Below, piece by piece: positions 55,224 to 64,000 of a stretch of 64,000 bases of DNA. This DNA comes from an uncultured Nitrososphaeraceae archaeon. Lineage in GTDB: Archaea > Thermoproteota > Nitrososphaeria > Nitrososphaerales > Nitrososphaeraceae. The position numbers were made by a program, and so were the translations under genes. Location: positions 36,020-100,019 of the forward strand of contig CAVWZU010000001.1 of NCBI GenBank assembly GCA_963759575.1, in the 5' to 3' direction. Numbering within the stretch: position 1 is the first letter of the stretch; every line of letters begins with the position of its first letter. Under the pieces are notes generated by a model. The model was not told where the DNA came from and ran no database searches. It saw nothing but the letters and a program-made list of their open reading frames with translations.

Positions 55224-56246
55224 TTATCTTACTTTAGTGCCTTCAATAACACCAATCATGTTAGATTTGGGATAATGAGTTTGAACATCTCCCCAACCGG
55301 ATTGGTTTAGAAGCGATTTATACTCTTCAACCGTTCTTTCTCTTCCGGTGGTAGCACACATCATGTGTATATCAAATAATTTTGAAAAATGTGGTGTGCT
55401 AGGGTCCGGTACTAGATGTTCAACGAGGAATATCGTGGATTTGTCAGCCGCAGATTTGTGAATATTTGAAAGTATTTTTTTGCACTCATCGTCATTCCAA
55501 TCATGAAGAATCATTTTCATGATGTATAGATCTGCTGAGGGGACTTGTTCAAACATATTTCCTTTGATGTATTTACACCGATCCTGTAAACCCATTTTAT
55601 TCGACCATGATGATTCTTGATTGTTGACTACGGGTTCTAATTCTAAAATCGTTCCATTGAGGTGATTATGTTTTGATAGCAAATGACTTAAAAGGTGTCC
55701 TTGACCACCACCAATATCACAGACATGTGAGACATTAGAAAAGTCATATCCATTTAATGCCTCTAATACCATGGCAGTATGCATTGCTGAATAACTACTC
55801 ATTGCCTCATTGAAAACTTTGGAATAGTCTGAATTCTTGCCTGCATATTCAAAAAGATTACTTCCATATTCTGAATTAAACGCATTTTGTTGTCCATCCT
55901 TAATCATTCTTGACAGGTGCTTCCATATTTGATAATGTTCTGGACTTTCCTCTAAAAGCAAAACTCCTTGAAGAGTTTGAGGATGATCTTTTCTAAGTAG
56001 TTCACCTGGAGTGGTAATTGAGAATCTGCGGCGGTCCTCCTCTTCTTTTAGAAAACCTAAGGATGTTATAGCTCGAAGAATGCGATATGCCATTGTCTCA
56101 TCCAGATTCAAATCCTGTGCAATTTGACCTATATCTTTAGGGCTTCTTGTTAGGTAATCGAATATGCCTATTTTGGCACCAGCATACAGTATTTGACTTT
56201 TCCATCTGCCAAATATAATATCCATAGTCTCATGAAATTCAGACAT
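55224..56246 (-). CDS. O-methyltransferase (dimerisation plus Methyltransf_2 type)
   Basis: FNEAMSS, VCDIGGGQG, GNMFEQVPSADLYIMKMILHDWND, GRERT. Confidence 0.93.
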   Translation of the reverse strand: MSEFHETMDIIFGRWKSQILYAGAKIGIFDYLTRSPKDIGQIAQDLNLDETMAYRILRAITSLGFLKEEEDRRRFSITTPGELLRKDHPQTLQGVLLLEESPEHYQIWKHLSRMIKDGQQNAFNSEYGSNLFEYAGKNSDYSKVFNEAMSSYSAMHTAMVLEALNGYDFSNVSHVCDIGGGQGHLLSHLLSKHNHLNGTILELEPVVNNQESSWSNKMGLQDRCKYIKGNMFEQVPSADLYIMKMILHDWNDDECKKILSNIHKSAADKSTIFLVEHLVPDPSTPHFSKLFDIHMMCATTGRERTVEEYKSLLNQSGWGDVQTHYPKSNMIGVIEGTKVR

Positions 56247-56349
56247 ATGTCTATTCTATCAAACTTTTTATTATAAGTTTGTGGCCCATTTCAAAGCCGA
56301 ATGTTGGCGACAATAGTCTAGACATCAAACTGGTAATCTTTTTATATTT

Positions 56350-56751
56350 ATGATGAAAATAATTGCTAAGCAAATGGACCATTATTATCGTGCTACGTTG
56401 ATTGTTTTAGTATCCATTACTGTAGTAGGTTTAGTAGCGATCCCATTTGGGAATCCCAAATTTATTGATAGGGCAATTATTTTAGAATTATCATTTGTAA
56501 CACTATCTATTTTGATATGGAAAGGATATGGTAAAGCACTATATGCATGTATTCCGATAGCTGCCGTAGTTATTATTGGTAATAGCCTTGCTCCACCACA
56601 CGTTAATTTGATGATGACCTTTTCTAAACCACTAAACGCAATTATTCTGGTTATTGGTGGATATGTACTGCAGTGTGCACTGATATATACTAGCTTAAGA
56701 GCAATACAGAATATAAGGTCAAGAAAATTGATTGCGAATGCATATTTATAG
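56350..56751 (+). CDS. Four-TM membrane protein
   Basis: Four hydrophobic segments and a GNSLAPPH motif. Start may be 56374. Confidence 0.75.
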   Translation: MMKIIAKQMDHYYRATLIVLVSITVVGLVAIPFGNPKFIDRAIILELSFVTLSILIWKGYGKALYACIPIAAVVIIGNSLAPPHVNLMMTFSKPLNAIILVIGGYVLQCALIYTSLRAIQNIRSRKLIANAYL

Positions 56752-56989
56752 GAATAATCGTACATATTTACAATATTTTCGCATAAGTGTGAGTCGATTA
56801 TTATCAAATAAATGTTTTAATAAATATTTAACATGACTATCATAAAATGTATTCCCAATATCTAAACGAATTCCTCAGATATGTTGATATTTGAAAACCT
56901 CATCTACAACCCTAATAATTTCATAGTAGAATTAAGTAGAATTAAATTGGTGCCGTTTGACGACGTCAAAAAAAATATGTCATGTGAAG

Positions 56990-57151
56990 TTAATCAAACT
57001 TATAATCTGATTCATCACATTTAGAGACATATCCACAGCTAGGACAACTTTCAAGATTTGAGAAATGTCTATGAAAATTATGTTCCTCCAATCGGTATAT
57101 GTTTGAAATATGGTTAAAATCACATTGCTTACATTTTATCCTAAGTGTCAT
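56990..57151 (-). CDS. 53-aa CxxC/CPxCG zinc-finger microprotein (not in the ORF track)
   Basis: MTLRIKCKQCDFNHISNIYRLEEHNFHRHFSNLESCPSCGYVSKCDESDYKFD*, intact from ATG to TAA. Confidence 0.75.
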   Translation of the reverse strand: MTLRIKCKQCDFNHISNIYRLEEHNFHRHFSNLESCPSCGYVSKCDESDYKFD

Positions 57152-57488
57152 AATAGATATATGGAGACATAGTACTTTAGTCTTTTTCTGAAAAGGCCTA
57201 ACAATTTTCTTACACCGTTTGCTGACTCAATATATATGAATAATCCCAAATCATATATCCATTTGAAATTAATTATTATTTTGTGGAGTGACCGGTGTGG
57301 TACTTGTTCGTTTGAAACTAACACAATCTATCGAAATTGCAGAAATAGTGGAATTTAAAACGCACACTGAAGTATCTTTAAATAATTATCCCCATCTTCT
57401 TTAAATTTGAACTTTTGTTTTTTTCTGTCAAATAAATGAGATTTGATGGCCATAAAAGAGGAGTCTGCAGATTAATTTTCCAGGTTTG

Positions 57489-58268
57489 TTATTTACATAG
57501 TACTAGGGTTTGAGCTTCAAGGTTTCCTTTTTTTAGCTCATTTCTAAGCGCATGTTTTATTATCCATCGAGTATTAGTATTGTGAGACTCTGCCCATTTC
57601 TTTAATACTTTGATTCCTATATCGTAATTATCTTTTAGAATATCATTGAGGTTATTTGCTACAGATTTTTTTACAAATAGTGATTCATCCTGTTTCAGAT
57701 TCTCGAGTATGGGTAGGATGGGTTTGGGATCTATTATAAACTGCTCCAGCTTTTTAGCCCAGGGAAGTCTAGGTCTAATGCCTTCAGAAGATAACCTTCT
57801 TACATGAACGTTTTTATCGTGTGACCATTTTAGCATTAAAGATGTCATTTTTTTTGGATATTTTATAAGATAAGGCCGTACAGCATATTCTCCAGTATTT
57901 CGCTGTGTTATTTGATAAATTGCATCAGTTGACGTCTCAAAATCACCAATACCATACTTTTCTACAAAAAATGCTATTGGCATGATCCAGTAACCAACAC
58001 TAAACATTCCAGTTTCATTTTGATTCGAAGGTCCAAGAATACTCGTCATTATATTGACAGCTTCCTTGTAGTTTCCGGGAAGTAGTTCATGTAAGGTGTC
58101 GGCAATTACCTCGACACGACCCTTTAGTTCCAAATCTGTGGTTTTCTTTTCCACTGTAGCGACAAACTCTAACTTTTGAAATCTTGGATATATTTTGGAG
58201 ACTTTATCTGCAAGAAGGTCTGCAAGGTCTCTACCATAATAATATTTTAATTTAGTATATTCTGTCAT
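57489..58268 (-). CDS. alkC: HEAT-like-repeat DNA alkylation repair glycosylase (AlkC-like)
   Basis: TGEYAVRPY, HVRRLSSEGIRPRLPW, FVKKSVANNLNDI, WIIKHALR. Confidence 0.85.
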   Translation of the reverse strand: MTEYTKLKYYYGRDLADLLADKVSKIYPRFQKLEFVATVEKKTTDLELKGRVEVIADTLHELLPGNYKEAVNIMTSILGPSNQNETGMFSVGYWIMPIAFFVEKYGIGDFETSTDAIYQITQRNTGEYAVRPYLIKYPKKMTSLMLKWSHDKNVHVRRLSSEGIRPRLPWAKKLEQFIIDPKPILPILENLKQDESLFVKKSVANNLNDILKDNYDIGIKVLKKWAESHNTNTRWIIKHALRNELKKGNLEAQTLVLCK

Positions 58269-58762
58269 TTCCTTTCACCGTTCTCATCGAAGTCAAAATT
58301 TCTATAACCGTTAACATAGGATTATGGGTATTAGGATTTAATCATTAAATTACTTAATCTAATAGGAAATCGCTTAAGAATATTTTTTCTAACCTAATTT
58401 TTTGGACTTCGTGAGTCCTTATTTAATTTTTCTCAAAAATATTCCGACGAATTTTAATTGAAATTCAAATTACTATTCATAGGAGTATATTGTAGATAGA
58501 TTTCCACCCATCCAATATACTCTAGAGAACCTCTACTTCTCAATATTATCTATTATGAAAAAAATAATGATCCGGTGGCATTTTGAATAAAATAACTGAT
58601 TATGAACATTACATGTCAACAAAATAATTTATTCGCCGCCCTTAGAACACCTGTAGAGAACGGGAGAGGTATAATTGATAAGATGTGTATGAGCCATGAT
58701 GATTGTATACTGCATTCGCACTATTTCTTGACTTTTTGTATTAGACGGTTACTCAAAATCAA

Positions 58763-59134
58763 TCAGTTCTCGACCCATTTAGATCGCCACTCAGGTGGTT
58801 CGAATGGATCTCCAAAGTAGAGTGTTTCATGTACGATTTTATCATCTGTGAACTCCATGATACATACCACATTGACTGGACGTCCATCATACGTAATTAC
58901 GTATTCAGTTACCCATAGACTTCCTTCTCCACGCGTCCGCAGAACTTTAAAACCAAGTTTAGCAGGATAATGTTTCCTAAGTTCATATAGGTTTTTTTTA
59001 CCCAAGATTCGTTCACCCGACTGAGGAAATTCAACTAGGACGTCGTCACAATAAATCTCGTGTGATCTGTCTATATCTACACCCGTGAATTCCCAGTGAC
59101 GATCCAGTGCAGTGCGTATTTCTTGATTGCCCAA
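58763..59134 (-). CDS. SnoaL/NTF2-like protein
   Basis: EIYCDDVLVEFPQSGERI, LWVTEYVITYDG, ETLYFGDPFEPPEWR. Confidence 0.88.
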   Translation of the reverse strand: MGNQEIRTALDRHWEFTGVDIDRSHEIYCDDVLVEFPQSGERILGKKNLYELRKHYPAKLGFKVLRTRGEGSLWVTEYVITYDGRPVNVVCIMEFTDDKIVHETLYFGDPFEPPEWRSKWVEN

Positions 59135-59352
59135 TATACTCTTAAATTATATCAAAAGTCTAGATTATTAGGCTTCTCATCGATTCCTACATTTTCTATC
59201 ATGCAGCGAACTTTGTATTTGCGGGTATGTATGTAGGTTGGTAGGTAGGATGTTAGTCCACAACGTATTCCAACAAATAGGAACTATATTTTCCTTCTAG
59301 AGACCTATCCGCCTCACTTTATTCATTACGAAAATTGATATATTTACAAACC

Positions 59353-60411
59353 TTATGGTTTTGCCTCAAAGACTAAGTTGAATGGTGTTTGTGTGGCCCT
59401 TCTAATCTTAGAGAAACCGGCGGACTTTATTAATTCTGTAATTCTTTGTTCACCTGCTTGAGCTCCTAGGGCTGGGCCATTTTCGTTTAACGAAGCAGGA
59501 ACGCATACCATAGAAGATACCGAGTAAAATACTCTACCAAGCGGATTCAAATTGTCCTCTAATTTATCATTGGCGAAGGGTTCTACTATCATCCATGTAC
59601 CGTTTTTTTTCTTTAACGTTTCCAGGACGTGTCTGGCGGCCCCTGCTGGATCTCCCATATCATGGAAGCAATCAAAGAATGCAACCATATCATAATCGTC
59701 ACCCGGATAATCTGTAGATTTTGCGACCTCAAAGGTTAGATTTTGCAAGCCTTCTTTTTCAGCTTCTCCTCTGGCCCATTCTATTGAGGGTTTGTGAGAA
59801 TCAAATCCTATAATTTTTGAATTAGGGTATGCTTTGGCCATCAGAATTGTTGATACGCCATGCCCGCATCCAACATCTGCTATCTTAGCTCCTCCATTCT
59901 TCAGCTTAGATTCTACGTTTTCAAGTGATGGAATCCAACTGTTTGTCAGATTAGTTACATAGTTTGGTTTGAAAAATCTCTCGGTTCCTTCAAATAAATA
60001 ATGGTGATGATCTCCCCATCCAAGACCTTTTCCAGTTTTAAATGCTTCAATAATTTTTTCCTCGTCCTTGAAAAGACTGACTAGAGATTGATAAAAACCT
60101 GCGACATACGCCGGGCTGTTTTCATTGGTGAGTGCCAAAGCCTGCTCTTCAGGCAGTACGTATTTACCATTGTTGGGATTATAAACAACATAGCCTCCGG
60201 CTGCTTGACCCGCAAGCCATTCTTTTATTATCCGTGGATGTGTTCCGGTTTTTTTTGCTAACTCCTCAGATGTCATTTCACCTGCCCCTGCCATCGCTTT
60301 GAACAATCCCAACTTATCTCCTACGAAGGTGATCAAAGCTCCTTCGGCTGCTCCCCATTCGTTTACGACTTTTTCAATAAAATGATTTAATTTCGTCTCA
60401 TTTACCACCAT
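59353..60411 (-). CDS. wHTH-fused SAM-dependent methyltransferase (Rv2258c-like)
   Basis: GDKLGLF, EWL, IADVGCGHG, FDCFHDMGDP, CVPASL, LGAQAGE, TPFNLVFEA. Confidence 0.92.
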   Translation of the reverse strand: MVVNETKLNHFIEKVVNEWGAAEGALITFVGDKLGLFKAMAGAGEMTSEELAKKTGTHPRIIKEWLAGQAAGGYVVYNPNNGKYVLPEEQALALTNENSPAYVAGFYQSLVSLFKDEEKIIEAFKTGKGLGWGDHHHYLFEGTERFFKPNYVTNLTNSWIPSLENVESKLKNGGAKIADVGCGHGVSTILMAKAYPNSKIIGFDSHKPSIEWARGEAEKEGLQNLTFEVAKSTDYPGDDYDMVAFFDCFHDMGDPAGAARHVLETLKKKNGTWMIVEPFANDKLEDNLNPLGRVFYSVSSMVCVPASLNENGPALGAQAGEQRITELIKSAGFSKIRRATQTPFNLVFEAKP

Positions 60412-60412
60412 T

Positions 60413-60490
60413 CTAATTTAAACCTCCTTTAAGGTTTAATTCAAGGAATTGTTGTGCTGTCTTCTTCCTTTCCTGTTCATGTCTTTTCAT
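60413..60490 (-). other. 25-codon upstream ORF containing a strong Shine-Dalgarno sequence
   Basis: MKRHEQERKKTAQQFLELNLKGGLN* ends 1 nt before the methyltransferase ATG. AAAGGAGGT at 60422-60430. Confidence 0.35.
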
Positions 60491-60750
60491 TCTATTTACT
60501 TTAGAGAATATTTTATCCCTTCTCATGCTACATATTAGACATATGTAGGATAAATTGATGACGGAAATTAGATATCGTATTATCTATACCCGAAATATTG
60601 ATTCCAAAACAAGCTCGTGAATAAATTGGATCCTGATCTAAAAGTCTTCGCACTCACCGAATTCGATATCTATTCTAGTAATGAATCAACGAATCAATAA
60701 TACCTGGAGCCTATCAATAACCTGAATACTTGCTTAGATAAATAGGGAGA

Positions 60751-61980
60751 TTATTTGAGGTCTCTAATTGGGTCTGAAATCCATTCAAATAGATCTTCCA
60801 GAACCTTTTTTTCAATTGGTCCTCCGACAGTGGTAACCAATTGTGATGATGGATAAAACAGATGCCCTAGGTTTGGGTATGTAATCAATGCATGATCAGG
60901 ATGTCTTACTTCTGTAAGTTTTTGTTGTAAAAGTAAAGCTTGTTGTATTGGGGTGTCTGAATCGTTCTCTCCTTGAAGAATCAAAATAGAGATGTTGGAT
61001 GGAACTTTGGTTAGGATATCTAGATTGGGTAATAGAGAATATTGTGAATTAACCCAAATAGGACATGGGCCACTCAAACCATCGCATTTCTCACCCGGGG
61101 TAATAATCGACAATGACTTGAATTTGGCTATTTGCCTGGGTTTAAGCTCATCATTAATACTAATAAGAGTATCGTTGTTTATATCATATTGAAGACTCTG
61201 TTGTACTTCAGTCACATTCAATGGTATAACATCTTGAGCAAGAACCCGAGTAAGGTTTCCAAGCAGGGAGCTGAAAATAGGATCCTCTGAAGCTTCTTTT
61301 ACTGATATCGATCCGTTATGGTCGTGGTCTAGAACCTTTTGAGCATACAATACAGGTACCATTACTTGGCTGTATCCTATTTCATTCAAATTTTGGGCTA
61401 GTGCACCCATAGGTACAATTGCATCTACATTATCTGAATTATTTATGGCTATTATGGGTACTATCGTAGTACCTTCGCTATGTCCAATCAAAACTATTTT
61501 GCTAGAGTCAACTTCTGGTTGCCGTAGGAGAACATCCAATGCTTTTTGAGCATCTCGTGTTAGATCGTCAACCGTTACATTTCCCCATACATTGTAATCT
61601 AAAATTGTCGCATTCGCCCCAATGCTTCTTTTGTCATATTGCAAAACTACAAACCCACTGTCTGATAGGTATTCAGCTATATCAAAGAACGGTCTGGCAG
61701 ACGGATAAATAAATGAGCCTTTATCGTTATTTATTCGAACGTAATCCCCAGTTTCATTCATATCTGTCTTTCCGGAGCCAGGTACTAATAGAACAGCTGG
61801 ATAGGGTCCATCGCCGATAACTGGGAGATTTAACCTTGCATTCGTATACAAACCATTACCCAAATCTATCACCATATTTCTTTATTTTGATGTCTGTAGC
61901 TCTGATTGAGAATGAACTGTGAGAGCTACACTGCAAAAAAGGAAACATAAAGTTAAAACAAAAAATACTATTGATACCAT
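60751..61980 (-). pseudogene. Secreted alpha/beta hydrolase with an in-frame TAA just after the signal peptide
   Basis: VLLVPGSG, YDKR, GHSEG nucleophile, LQGEND, YPNLGH. The in-frame signal peptide from ATG 61980 is interrupted by TAA at 61882-61884. The downstream ORF 60751-61875 is intact. Confidence 0.8.
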
Positions 61981-62019
61981 ATTTAATGGCAAAACATATG
62001 TAATTATGTGAGCTATAAT

Positions 62020-62349
62020 TTAAGCATTATTTGATTCAATCTTGATAATAAGATCCGTATAATCTGATATCGAACTCTCACGCTGTGCATAAATTCTGTA
62101 TAACAGGCCCCAACCGTTTGCCTCAATCAAATATATTTTCTTGACTCGATTGTAGGATATGTATGAATTATTTACTAAATGATATATGTATTCTCTTAAA
62201 ACTATTTTCGAAGTAGAAATAACTCTTGGAATATGTGACTCAATTTCTGAGAATGACGACCCCTTTATACAAGATAACAAGATTGATTCCGTAATGGCTA
62301 CCTTGAGATAAATCGGGTTGATGTCCTCGTTGATGCGTTCCCGATTCAT
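62020..62349 (-). CDS. Winged-helix domain protein
   Basis: ILLSC..GSSFSEI...YIYHLVNNSYI...YLIEANG pattern. Confidence 0.6.
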   Translation of the reverse strand: MNRERINEDINPIYLKVAITESILLSCIKGSSFSEIESHIPRVISTSKIVLREYIYHLVNNSYISYNRVKKIYLIEANGWGLLYRIYAQRESSISDYTDLIIKIESNNA

Positions 62350-62750
62350 TTAATCTTTGTCACCTTTTATTTCGTGATTCAGAAAAGTTGTAAAACAGGA
62401 CTCGTACAATGGTTTCAAATCTTTTGAATTCTTATGGAATGGTAATTAAAAAACATTTAGGATGGGTGGGTATGCAAATATTGATCAATTAATTTGACTT
62501 TGATGTTATTTACTGAATAATAATTCCGGGATAGACAAAGGTTATCTTATTACCGTAAACTATATTGTTAATGGGTTAAACATCACTCAAGTATTTGGAT
62601 TGCGAAAAAAGATATCTCAGCTTCAAGCATCACTGGGTAAATTGGGTAGGATTTGAGACATTTGGCTCATTCTATCCTTTGTAGGATAAAGTGATGAAAG
62701 AAATGCTGAGGATTCAACATTGTTTTAATCTAATCCATGTTAATCTGGGT

Positions 62751-62783
62751 GCTTTCCAAACCAAACCAAACGATTTGGAAAGC
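62751..62783. other. 10-bp perfect hairpin downstream of 62919-63176
   Basis: gctttccaaa-N13-tttggaaagc, with a loop made of ccaaa units. Confidence 0.5.
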
Positions 62784-62918
62784 CGTTCTATGTATAAAGT
62801 CGGGTTATGTAGAAATTATATCTTTTAGTTTATTGGTTTTATGCTGATAATATGATGTGTGTATATCCTTTAAATTCTGATAAATATATATCTACAAAAA
62901 TGAATAATAAAAAAAGGA

Positions 62919-63176
62919 TTAGTCGTTTAATTGTCCTAATGCGTTATTTCCGCTGTTGAATTGACCTTGGAAGTTAAAGTTATTACCAGATAGGAGTGAA
63001 CTTCCACCGGAAATTACTTGACTGTTTTGATTTGATTTTTGAGATTGACTAATAATCTGTTTTGCTTTGTTACTCTTTTTTGCTAATGCATCTTCTGAAA
63101 TTGCTAATGGGGCTAAGACCAAAGCAAGTGCAAGGACTACTGCTGTTGATACTAGTATTGTTTTACTTGTATTCAT
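62919..63176 (-). CDS. Small secreted protein consisting of a single QxIxQSQ module
   Basis: Signal peptide ends ALA-K, followed by NKAKQIISQSQKSNQNSQVISGGSSLLSGNNFNFQGQFNSGNNALGQ, homologous to the repeats at 17.8 and 36 kb. Confidence 0.88.
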   Translation of the reverse strand: MNTSKTILVSTAVVLALALVLAPLAISEDALAKKSNKAKQIISQSQKSNQNSQVISGGSSLLSGNNFNFQGQFNSGNNALGQLND

Positions 63177-63699
63177 ACTCGTAAATTATGTTAGTATAAT
63201 TCAATATATATTAGGTATTTTAAAGTTTTAGGTTAATAAGTTTCAGTAGGTTTGAACAGAAAAATCTTCTAGAGTCCATAGACAGATCGGATGATCTGTA
63301 TAACATAACTACGTTGACTAAAACTGGTATTGCAATAATATTTGATCTATGCGATAATCATGATTGTATTTGATACTGTGAAAAGGGGCATTAATGATTT
63401 ATCTAAATTGGCTTTAACAATGTTTGGCTAAAAAATTATTATCTAGGGAAATAATAGTGGCTATTTAGTACTAATGACTGACAATGTTATTTATGATGTT
63501 GAAAAGTAAGTGAAAAATGCTTCTCGATACGCAAAATCAAAGACAAAACTCTCTGAAATCATACAGCAGAAGGAAAGGCTGGTTATAGGACATTGAATAA
63601 GGCCAAATTAAAAATAAGAGTTGCAATAGATTAAACCATTGTTTTGTCACCTAAACTATATTTTTGACATTATATCTAAAAAAGACCTGATCATCAGAG

Positions 63700-64000
63700 T
63701 TAATGCATCATATGTTCTGAACCTTGGTATTCCATAAAATGTCTAATTGCATCAATTACTTCTTTATCCTTGGTAATCATTGATAAAGCCAAACCATTAT
63801 TAAGCTGCTTGATATCATATTCGATTGAATCTTTTTTTTCATTCATTGTTTTTGTTCCGGGTACCTGTTCACCATGAATGAAGAAAGGTTTTGTAAAATT
63901 ACCATTTGAAAAGTCGTTTTGAATATCTATAATATGTTCTCTAATCTGCATTAGCATGTTTGAATCGCTAACATTTGTAGGCATTATTATGATTTCGCCT
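63700..64000 (-). CDS. Conserved hypothetical protein (5' end outside window)
   Basis: Frame is open to the window edge; IREH...F..GNFTKPFFIHG..VPG...DAIRHFMEYQGSEH. Confidence 0.7.
   Translation of the reverse strand, partial: GEIIIMPTNVSDSNMLMQIREHIIDIQNDFSNGNFTKPFFIHGEQVPGTKTMNEKKDSIEYDIKQLNNGLALSMITKDKEVIDAIRHFMEYQGSEHMMH

Overview
AT-rich archaeal DNA. The gene repertoire (zinc-type ferredoxin, MEDS protein, F420-dependent LLM oxidoreductase, Pth2-like protein, Cache-domain kinases, Asp-box and PsbP-like secreted proteins, TATA boxes just upstream of starts) points to a soil ammonia-oxidising archaeon of the Nitrososphaerales, most like Ca. Nitrosocosmicus; this assignment is an inference. 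The window is accessory or variable genome: mostly isolated genes, many secreted proteins, several gene remnants and one clear operon (a CUT1 sugar-type ABC transporter, 49.2-53.5 kb). I found no rRNA, tRNA, CRISPR array or intact transposase. The most striking feature is a dispersed family of three secreted proteins (17816-18421, 36022-38106, 62919-63176) carrying 2, 11 and 1 copies of the same 47-aa Asn/Gln/Gly/Ser-rich module. It looks like a candidate archaeal functional-amyloid (curli/Fap-like) matrix system with acidic accessory segments. Other points of interest are an orphan BMP binding protein paired with a Cache histidine kinase, a Pth2 paralogue lacking its catalytic motifs, two zinc-finger microproteins missing from the ORF track, and a recently amplified six-blade NHL propeller. 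Many frameshifts fall in homopolymer runs and are probably sequencing errors. All family calls come from motif recognition by eye; no database searches were run.
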